Positions 28,377-36,335 of a stretch of DNA of 36,335 nucleotides are shown here, piece after piece. The notes under the pieces are model-generated. The model ran no database searches. It was not told where the DNA came from and worked only from the letters and a program-made list of their open reading frames with translations. This DNA comes from Chlamydiales bacterium (GTDB taxonomy: Bacteria; Chlamydiota; Chlamydiia; Chlamydiales; JBDQID01), in contig JBLFWS010000012.1 of assembly GCA_047611865.1 (NCBI GenBank), positions 1 through 36,335 of the forward strand, written 5' to 3'. How positions within the stretch are numbered: the stretch's first letter is position 1; every line of letters begins with the position of its first letter. The translations under genes and the position numbers were made by a program.

Positions 28377-31300
28377 ATGGATAATATTAATCCCGACCCA
28401 GATCCAAGTTTACAATTTCTGATTAGTTTAGCAGAAAATCAAGAATACCCTGTTTTACAGGACGTTTTTAGAGCCGATCAAGCTCAACTAATAAATTTTG
28501 CAGAGTGGGTCTCGCAGAGTGAGCCATCAAATGTAGAACTTTCCTCCCTTGTCGTAGTCTGTATTTCTAATGATGAAAACTTGCGAAATGAACAACGAGA
28601 ACTATTTGACAGGTTAGAGAATGTGATCTTTAACAAGATTTTCATGTCTGCAGTTGAAGATGATGACGTCACAAAGTTAGGGGAAACAATTTCAGACTGG
28701 CTAAGAGATGGCCATATTTCTGTTGTGGATGAGATGATAGAAAATATGGATCCACAGACTCTTGGAGAGCTGATGACGATCACTGATGCAAATGGCAAAA
28801 CTCTATTGCTTTCTTCGATCGAATATTTTGATAGTGCTCATCTAATTAACAAGATTTTGGAGAAGTGTCCAGATGAACAAAGTCGTATTAACTGGGTTAG
28901 CCATGTCGGGAATAATAACGAAACGTCCATCTTAACTGCAGTAAAGATAGGCAATAACTTAACCCTGAAAGAGCTTTTAAAGGTACTACCAGATGCAGAA
29001 CGTATGGAACTTCTGAATAAGGCGGATAACCGTAGAGACGCACCCTTGAGCTTTGCTATCAAAGAGGGTAAAGCGGAGTTGCTTAAAACCCTGTTTGAGG
29101 CCTGTCCTTCTCCCGATAGCAGATGGGAGTTTCTTCAGCAAAATGCACAAGCAAATCGAGGTATTCTTTATGCTCCTATCTGGAATCAAAAATTAGATGT
29201 GCTAGAAGAGATATTAGATGGCTGCCCTCAAGAGAGGATTCATGATCTTTTGTTTCTACCAGTAGATCAGGACATTTCCACTTTATCCTGTGCAGCAGGA
29301 AAGGGGAATGTGGAACTTATTAGAATGATACTTGACTATTGTCCTGAAAATGACTTGGAGGAGTTTCTTTTACTAAGTGATCAGAACGGTGATAATGTAT
29401 TGCATCATGCTGTAAGGAGTGGAGATCTTGAGGTCTTTAGCGAAATACTGAATATTTGTCCTACAAGTATTCTCAATGAACTACTTTCGAAAACTGGGAG
29501 AGGGAACTCCACAGTCCTGGATCTTTGTGCAAAAGATGGCAAGGCGGCTATGGCGCAGGAATTCTTCCGCGCGGCATCCAGACCCTTTGAGGTAATTGAG
29601 AATGACCCTTTTGAGATATCTATTAGAATAGAAAATAACGAAGAAGTCGGTGAACCTGAGGTCCCCGTAGAGGCTCGGAGGGAAGAGGTTTTTACAGAAG
29701 ATGAGATGACGAATTTTTTATTGGGAACAGACGATAGTGGAAATACGGCTTTGATGTCTGCAATACGCGGAGGTCATGGAACAATAGCACAGGAAATTAT
29801 GGCCCATTGTCCGGACGAATACAAGGCTGAGCTATTTCTGAAAACTAATAATGAAGGTGCTACAACATTGATGTCTTCACTGGGACATAATACCACCCTT
29901 GACCAAATTGAAGGGCTGTGGAATGTCTGTCCAGAAGAAAGCCGTATCGAATACCTCATGAGTCAAGATAGCAGAGGGCGCACCTGTATCATGTATGCGG
30001 CTGAAAGATGTGGCCAAGACATACTGCAAAACCTGATCAGTAAATGTCCTGAAGATAGGGTGGGGGAGCTTTTACTAAAATCTGATGACGATGACAAGAC
30101 GGCTCTTATGTATGCAGCCACAAGGGGAGATACCGGAATATTTCAGGCAGTCATTGGTGCATTTCCTGAGCCTATCCGTACAAGTCTCTGTGAAGAAGAA
30201 GACTCACCAGCATTTCCTTGTTTAGAATTAGCTATTGATAGAAGACGAACGGGTATTGTCTCTTCTATCTTGGCTTCCTGTCATATTAGTGAAGAGATTC
30301 TGGCAAAGGTGATTTCCTCATCTCCAAGTATTCTCGGAGATGAACAGCTACAAAGTGATATCCTGGCTCGTATTAGCAACGAGCAGATAAAAAAAGTTCT
30401 CGTTTTAGAGTACAAGATGCGTTCCAACTACCAGCAAGAAGTCGACAATGAACTCGAAGAACTCTTGGGAGAGGAGACCGACGTCGAATTTTTTGAAAAG
30501 GCCATCATGTATGCGCCGCACTTGACAGAGAATCTACTCTCCAATCACATGACTGAAATTAAAGAGGTAATTGATGCCATAGAAGGCATTGATGAGCTTC
30601 CTCTGGATACACGGATGACTCTTTTGCCGTTTTTTCCTCCTTCTGAGATCCTGTCTACGGTCAATGAATTATCAGCCATGGAAAGGCAAGAGTATATGGC
30701 GATTCGGGTAGACGCCGATGGCGTGGATTGTACATTGACTCAAGGATTACAAAGTGTGGTGAGCGAGTGGGTAGACCATATTGAAGATGAGAGGTACTCC
30801 GGAGCTTTTATTGAGAACACCCGGAGTTTTCTAAAAAAGCTCTCTTACAAAAATCTTGCTGTAGCAGCGATAGATTCCAATTACGTTCAGGGAATGGTGA
30901 TTAAGTTGATTTCCCTGATGCAGGATGCTCAGTCCATAGTGGTAATACCCCTTATTCCTGTAGTACGCTTCTTAAATATGATGCAAGGAGATGCTCTTTC
31001 CTTGACAATGCTATACTTGGCAAAAGCAAGTGATACTCAGAAGATTGCTTTCTTACAGTCCGAGGTAGCTCTGGTTACTGGACTAGATGACTGGGTGAAC
31101 ATTAGAATACCGAATATAAAGAATCAGATAGCTGTTCTCGAAGGGAAAATAGAAGAAGAGGAAGATGGGATTCTTGAGGACTATAAAGCCATAAATCGAG
31201 ATTGGCAAAGTGTTCTTTCGTATAGAACAACAGTCTTACAAAGTAAAATGCTCATTAAGCGCCTGGAGCATTTTTTAAAACAGAACAATCCATCAGAGGA

Positions 31301-31679
31301 ACTTCTGGAGGTAATTAATACAAGGGTTTCTGCTGAATTGGAAAAGGTGCTTTCTGTTGAAGTAGACCTCAGGGTACTTCAAGAGAAGATCAGCGGAGAA
31401 CTTCTCTTAGCCTCTGGAGAAATAAAAGTTCCCGAGCCTCCCTTGGACTTTATCTGTCCGATTAACAAGACTTTGATGGAAGACCCCGTTAAGGCTTCTG
31501 ATGGTTTTACTTATGAAAGAGAGGCAATCGAGAGGTGGATTAGGACACGGTATAACTCACCCTTTACCCGTAAGCATATGAGAATAGAGGAATTAGAAGA
31601 GGACGTTGAGAAAAAATCGGCAATAGAGGCATGGAAAGTTGTCAATACTGTCTTAGCTAATGTTTTCGAGCAAATTTGA
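28377..31679 (+). CDS. Ankyrin-repeat protein with C-terminal U-box (putative E3 ubiquitin ligase effector)
   Basis: About 12 ankyrin-like repeats (GDNVLHHAV, GNTALMSA, KTALMYAA); U-box FICPINKTLMEDPVKASDGFTYEREAIERW..SPFTR. Confidence 0.92.
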   Translation: MDNINPDPDPSLQFLISLAENQEYPVLQDVFRADQAQLINFAEWVSQSEPSNVELSSLVVVCISNDENLRNEQRELFDRLENVIFNKIFMSAVEDDDVTKLGETISDWLRDGHISVVDEMIENMDPQTLGELMTITDANGKTLLLSSIEYFDSAHLINKILEKCPDEQSRINWVSHVGNNNETSILTAVKIGNNLTLKELLKVLPDAERMELLNKADNRRDAPLSFAIKEGKAELLKTLFEACPSPDSRWEFLQQNAQANRGILYAPIWNQKLDVLEEILDGCPQERIHDLLFLPVDQDISTLSCAAGKGNVELIRMILDYCPENDLEEFLLLSDQNGDNVLHHAVRSGDLEVFSEILNICPTSILNELLSKTGRGNSTVLDLCAKDGKAAMAQEFFRAASRPFEVIENDPFEISIRIENNEEVGEPEVPVEARREEVFTEDEMTNFLLGTDDSGNTALMSAIRGGHGTIAQEIMAHCPDEYKAELFLKTNNEGATTLMSSLGHNTTLDQIEGLWNVCPEESRIEYLMSQDSRGRTCIMYAAERCGQDILQNLISKCPEDRVGELLLKSDDDDKTALMYAATRGDTGIFQAVIGAFPEPIRTSLCEEEDSPAFPCLELAIDRRRTGIVSSILASCHISEEILAKVISSSPSILGDEQLQSDILARISNEQIKKVLVLEYKMRSNYQQEVDNELEELLGEETDVEFFEKAIMYAPHLTENLLSNHMTEIKEVIDAIEGIDELPLDTRMTLLPFFPPSEILSTVNELSAMERQEYMAIRVDADGVDCTLTQGLQSVVSEWVDHIEDERYSGAFIENTRSFLKKLSYKNLAVAAIDSNYVQGMVIKLISLMQDAQSIVVIPLIPVVRFLNMMQGDALSLTMLYLAKASDTQKIAFLQSEVALVTGLDDWVNIRIPNIKNQIAVLEGKIEEEEDGILEDYKAINRDWQSVLSYRTTVLQSKMLIKRLEHFLKQNNPSEELLEVINTRVSAELEKVLSVEVDLRVLQEKISGELLLASGEIKVPEPPLDFICPINKTLMEDPVKASDGFTYEREAIERWIRTRYNSPFTRKHMRIEELEEDVEKKSAIEAWKVVNTVLANVFEQI

Positions 31680-31751
31680 TAATTGAGCATGGCGTTGTTG
31701 CATAAAACATGCGTCTACAAGAGGCTTATAATTAAAATTTTACCACCGAGG

Positions 31752-32201
31752 TCACAGAGGGCACAGAGAAAATAAAAAATCACAGATCAGTTGATCGTAT
31801 TGATCGCTTTTGATGAGACTATTGATCGAGTTAAGATTACTGTTGTATTCTTTAACAAGTGTATCAAATTTACTTACATGTTCTTCAGGCAACACAGCAG
31901 AGAATTGACTAGAAAAGCTTTTTATCGTTTCTGATAGTGCAGCTATTGTTACGCTTATAGTTTCAGAATCTTTGTTTTGGACCATTTCCTGGATAACGCT
32001 CATATCTTTCGTTACTTGATTAACGATTTCTGTAAGAGATGAGAGGTTGTCAATGTTCTTTTGGATAGACGTGCCTGCAGATTTTGCAGCTTCATTCACA
32101 TTTTTTCCGGAAAAGTCTGTGCTTGTTGGCCCCCATGCGAAGCATGTGGCAGCGGTAATAGTTGCCGTACATAGGATTAAAGAAAAGAATCTCTTATTCA
32201 T
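31752..32201 (-). CDS. Hypothetical secreted helical protein
   Basis: Signal peptide-like MNKRFFSLILCTATITAATCFA; GAGG RBS. Confidence 0.75.
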   Translation of the reverse strand: MNKRFFSLILCTATITAATCFAWGPTSTDFSGKNVNEAAKSAGTSIQKNIDNLSSLTEIVNQVTKDMSVIQEMVQNKDSETISVTIAALSETIKSFSSQFSAVLPEEHVSKFDTLVKEYNSNLNSINSLIKSDQYDQLICDFLFSLCPL

Positions 32202-32407
32202 AAATTCCTCAACAATGGACGTGTTAATATTGAATGGATAAGCTCATGAACCCCATTTTTTTCTTAAAATCATTATTTAACAAGCAGCTTTTTCTTCTTT
32301 TAAAGCCTTCTTATCTTTACAAATCCTTAATCCTATCTATACGTAATCTTTTAAATTAAGCAGTATACTGGGATTATTAGTAATTTGTAATAGATAGGCT
32401 GAGTTAG

Positions 32408-33937
32408 ATGTCTTTTTCGGGAAGCCACATTGAGAATAGTAAGGTATTTGTAAATCGTCGTGGTGAAGCCCAAATTGACGCAAATACAGGCATCTGTGCT
32501 TGGTTGACTCGCAAAGTGACCTCCTTATTAGGAATCAGGAACTATCACCTTGAAAAAGTTCTAACTGCCACTACAAGTACTCTTTCCTCAACTAGGATGG
32601 CTGGCATTCCAAATCAGAGGACGATCCATTCTCAAAATGTTCTTACGGTTTTTGAAAAACTAGGTAAAAAATCTGGCTTGGACCCTAAGTATGCTCTTCC
32701 TCTCATCTTATTCAGCCGGGCACTGTCACCCGAGAATACCAGGCTTTGTATAAAAGAAAAAGCTTTCGTCAAGGACTTTTTAAAAGATTGTCAGAGCAAC
32801 AGGGGATTAAACAAAAGTCTAACTGGTCTGAAAAAGCATCTTGGAAAAACGAGAATAGTCTCCTCCGAAGCCTTTGACATGCTCATTGAATATTCATACA
32901 AAAGCAGTAAGTTGGAAAGGTTAGAAGCGTTAAATCAGAAAATTCAAAAAATTGATTTAGACAATAAAAACCTTGTGTTGCCAGAAGATCAAAAACTGAC
33001 TTTGAATGAACTGGCTTTTTTGGAAAGTATGTCAAAATTGAAGCCCATTACGGATCAGTTTAATAAGATCGTTAAAAACTGTGTTAAACGAAAATTTATT
33101 GCTCAAACCCAGTCTGTCGCAAGTTTTGTTGAAAAATCTCGCTCACAGATGGAAGGTGAACTCAAGCAAGGCTGTCCAGAAATTCTTACCTATGATCTCA
33201 CCAACTTCCAGAGCATCAGACGAGAGGACCCTTGCAATCTTTCCTTTAAAACTAGATTAAACAACTTTATCTTCAGAAAAGTATTGAGAACTCCTATATT
33301 TCATCTCTCTATGAGTTTGAAGAACACAGAAACTCAAGAAATAGAAGAGGCTCACATTTGGTCTAAATTTTCCCGAGGCAGACGCCCGCTGACGAGTTAT
33401 GCTTTTCGTAGTATAAGGATGAACGTGAAAAATATGGTCTCTGTAGAAAACCGCGAAAAATTAAAAAAACGCTATGGGGATAATTGGGGACAAGAAGTAG
33501 AAAAAAGTTACAATCAATTTGTCCATGAGAGGCTTGATCCAAAGCGTAACCCTATCCTTAATGAAATTCAGAATACTGCCTACAAGCGTTTTTTTGTTGG
33601 CATGGGCTTTAAGTTTGGAGCAATTAATTTTTCTCCTCGTGAGACTGCTGCCTATGGAAAAACAGTTGTTTGTTCAGAACTCACAGCTAAAACCATGGCT
33701 CAAGCTTTACTTGATCTCAACGAAAGCTTTTCAAATGAGTGGAAGGGACAAGCTGGAAAAGCGCCTTTGGTCAATTCTCCCATAAGAAAAAAGCGTCGAC
33801 TCGACCGCTTTGTTCCCTCTGACGTCAGATACTTGCTTGAAAAAAACTACGCAAGTCTTAATGAGCTTTCACCTACCCTAAAAAGAATAGCTAGCTTTCA
33901 CGAGCTTCCAAAAGAAGAAATCTTGGGTGTGTGTTAA
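32408..33937 (+). CDS. Putative effector with permuted papain-like (YiiX/YebB-type) domain
   Basis: 509-aa ORF; FHLSM..EAH, then VVCSELTAK and FVPSDV in the order typical of permuted NlpC/P60 amidases. Confidence 0.65.
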   Translation: MSFSGSHIENSKVFVNRRGEAQIDANTGICAWLTRKVTSLLGIRNYHLEKVLTATTSTLSSTRMAGIPNQRTIHSQNVLTVFEKLGKKSGLDPKYALPLILFSRALSPENTRLCIKEKAFVKDFLKDCQSNRGLNKSLTGLKKHLGKTRIVSSEAFDMLIEYSYKSSKLERLEALNQKIQKIDLDNKNLVLPEDQKLTLNELAFLESMSKLKPITDQFNKIVKNCVKRKFIAQTQSVASFVEKSRSQMEGELKQGCPEILTYDLTNFQSIRREDPCNLSFKTRLNNFIFRKVLRTPIFHLSMSLKNTETQEIEEAHIWSKFSRGRRPLTSYAFRSIRMNVKNMVSVENREKLKKRYGDNWGQEVEKSYNQFVHERLDPKRNPILNEIQNTAYKRFFVGMGFKFGAINFSPRETAAYGKTVVCSELTAKTMAQALLDLNESFSNEWKGQAGKAPLVNSPIRKKRRLDRFVPSDVRYLLEKNYASLNELSPTLKRIASFHELPKEEILGVC

Positions 33938-34025
33938 AAAGGGAACAAGCTTATCAACTTTTCTTTAACTGATTTCAGAACTATATTCAGAATTATTTTA
34001 TTAAATACCTAATTTAAGGGGTGTA

Positions 34026-34765
34026 ATGTCCATTTCAGATATTCGATCTTTAGGAAGTACAATAAGTCCTCCTGATACTCCTTTTAGAGAAAATGAATCA
34101 AGCTATGTGAAAGCCTTTTTGCTTTTTCGTTCCACGCTAGAACAGATCGAGATGCTTTCCTCGATAGATCCGCTTAGCTTTACAGAGCTTTGCAAAAACT
34201 TTTCCGAGATATCGCCTTCAGATTCCTCGATACTCACTTAAAAGTTTCTCTCGCTGCATTTAGAAATCTGGCAATGCTTGAAATTCTGGAAAGTTCCCTC
34301 TCTTCAGTTCCTGATGATTTGAAAGAAAAATGGAAAGAGTCTGTAAAAACAGACAATATGTCATCAAGGGCCTTACCTGAGGATAAGTTGCAAAAATCTC
34401 TGAGTACTTTCTTTGCTTACTACGAAAAGCTTAGACCTCGTGCAGCGATAGCTTCAGAGCAAATTTCGCAAGACCTCATTGATTTTTTAAGGATGAAAGC
34501 ACTCGGTCAAACCGAAGATGAAGGTTTCCTACAGATCAAAAGTAGACTGGAATCTCCTGTTAATGAGATGATCGATTACTTTCGCAATGCTTTTAGTACT
34601 TTCGAAAGACAATGGATGCCAAGGTTGAATCTGGAAAAAATGTCATTAAGAGAGCAGGGAGACCTACTCAACGATATCAGGAGTAAAAATATAAACTCTC
34701 TTGACCTAGGTCGTGTATTAAAATTACGAAATGCTGATTTTGGAGCCTTTTTCAGTGTTTTTTAA
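34026..34765 (+). pseudogene. Hypothetical helical protein split by a 1-nt frameshift near 34195-34205
   Basis: ORFs 34026-34241 and 34190-34765 overlap; one added base in aaaaa or tttt (tgcaaaaacttttccga) fuses them. Confidence 0.6.
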
Positions 34766-34794
34766 TTGTACTCGGCTCACCTATTTATCTAAGT

Positions 34795-35739
34795 ATGGAG
34801 AGCCTTACACAATTCAAAATCACAAAAAAATGCCCTCAAAATCAGACATTCCCTAATTTTAATACACGAGCTGGGACGTGTTTTCAAATAGCCAACGTTG
34901 CTTTTGGAGATACCCTCGCAGACCCGACACAAAACACAGAAAAGTTACACATGACCTCCATACAAGAAATTAGTTCCCCTGAAGCCAAGGAACATACCTT
35001 CGCTGATCTTATCGACCGTTACGTTGAAAACATCCTGCCGCCTCGTAAACGAAGTAGTCAGGAGCGTTATACACACCTTGAGTGGTGGAAAGAGCGTCTG
35101 GGATCTTATCTATTATCAGAAGTTACCCCAGCGGTAATTGCTCAAACACGAGATTGTCTTGCCAAAGCGACAACATGTCGAGGAACCCAAAGGTCTCCGG
35201 CGCAAGTTGTTCGTCACCTGGCGTCCCTTTCTCACGCTTTTACGATCGCAGTTAAGGAATGGGAGTGGGTGGAAGATAACCCCCTCCGAAAAGTCACAAA
35301 ACCTAAAGAGAATCGCAAGTATGTGCATTCTTTAAGCGAGGAAAGCCAAGACCGTCTGCTACAAGCATGTAAAAATAGCTCAAATCCCCACCTCTACACA
35401 GTAGTCATGCTGGCTTTATCAACGGGGATGTGCCAGAGGGAAATACTTAAGCTTACATGGGCTGATCTGGATACGAACAATGAGAGAATCACCTTACATG
35501 AGACAAAGGATGATGAGATTCGTGTGTTTCCCTTAAAAGGGCTAGTATTATCTTTACTCAAGGATTACGAACGTAGTCCGAGGTTTGATGCTTTCCTGCT
35601 TTTTCCGTCTAGCAAGGTAGATAAGTATGGAGAAGTCAGGTCCTCTTGGGACAAGGCTGTGGCTGAGGCTGGAGTTGAAAATTTTAAATTTCAAGATCTT
35701 AGCCTTGTCTATTTCCCACTGGGTTTGCATGATTGTTGA
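34795..35739 (+). pseudogene. Truncated, catalytically dead tyrosine recombinase/integrase
   Basis: LIDRY..LSHAFTIAVKEWEWVEDNP..LALSTGMC (catalytic Arg to Cys)..ETK..FKFQDLS (HxLR lost); the C-terminal Tyr region is absent; likely start ATG 34951. Confidence 0.85.
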
Positions 35740-36316
35740 GTTTTGTTTCGTATTTCCTCAGCTGGTTAAGAAATTCCCGGTTTGGTCTAATATAGGGGCG
35801 CTTCAGCTTCACATATTTTTAGGCAATGGAATACGAAATTTCAAATTTCTTCATTAAATAGGCTATTACAAGAGTGGGGCTTCTTGAATGGCCTTTATTG
35901 CATTGAATCAGGATGCGAGTCTCAGTGTGTTCAATAAATTCAAAGGAGTCGTCAAAGAATTTATTGATTTTAGACCGGGGAAACTCCGCAATAGGAATAC
36001 CTTTCCATCTTTGGGTGTAAGTATCAGGCTTTTTAGGGAAACTTCGGGCGGTAATTAAGTCAGATAGTAGGGAGGGAGATTTTTTTACGATGTATTTCAC
36101 ATCTTTGTGGCTACCAACATAAAGTCCAGGTAGGATTTCAGTGTGACTTGTAGCTTTTTGGAGGGCTACTCCCTTTTCTACGAAACTAATAATTTCAGAC
36201 TTAGTTTTTTCATATGCCTTTGAACCAGGGCTGAGATGTTGAAATACAGCAGCTTCTTCAGACCATGCCATTGAGGAGGCTAAAACCCAGAAGAAAAGCG
36301 GGATCAAAATTTTCAT
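35699..36316 (-). pseudogene. Signal-peptide-bearing dual-specificity phosphatase with in-frame premature TAA
   Basis: EILPGLYVGS and CNKGHSRS (CX5R); after TAA 35819-35821 the frame continues KYVKLKRPYIRPNREFLNQLRKYE, the canonical DSP tail, to TAA 35699-35701. Confidence 0.85.
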
Positions 36317-36335
36317 AAATATCTCAATACAGGGT

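Noticed and set aside
34795..36335. Active prophage or integrative element
   Set aside because: The integrase lacks catalytic residues, and no att/tRNA site, phage or conjugation genes are visible.

Overview
Bacterial genomic DNA, most likely from a host-associated intracellular bacterium. An environmental Chlamydiota lineage is my inference, based on the ankyrin-SET gene and many eukaryote-like domains. The backbone is a kynurenine (tryptophan-catabolic) pathway in two convergent operons: SDR, aldehyde dehydrogenase, RidA, nbaC and ACMSD on + (6489-10731), and cyclase/kynB, kynU and kmo on - (17309-20769). No tryptophan dioxygenase lies in the window. Between the operons is about 6.5 kb of effector-like genes: a PHO80-type cyclin, a tandem pair of membrane-anchored metzincin proteases with Pro/Thr stalks (one decayed) and a basic 29-aa repeat protein. 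Elsewhere are three permuted papain-like proteins, an ankyrin-SET protein, an ankyrin/U-box protein, patatin, a flavin-dependent tryptophan-halogenase-family gene, NhaC, CspA, PepC, BolA, a dead truncated integrase and a phosphatase with a premature stop. A structured ~120-bp dispersed repeat with compensatory base changes occurs four times, two copies forming a REPIN/MITE-like inverted doublet. I saw no rRNA, tRNA or CRISPR array. All calls come from motif reading, not database searches.
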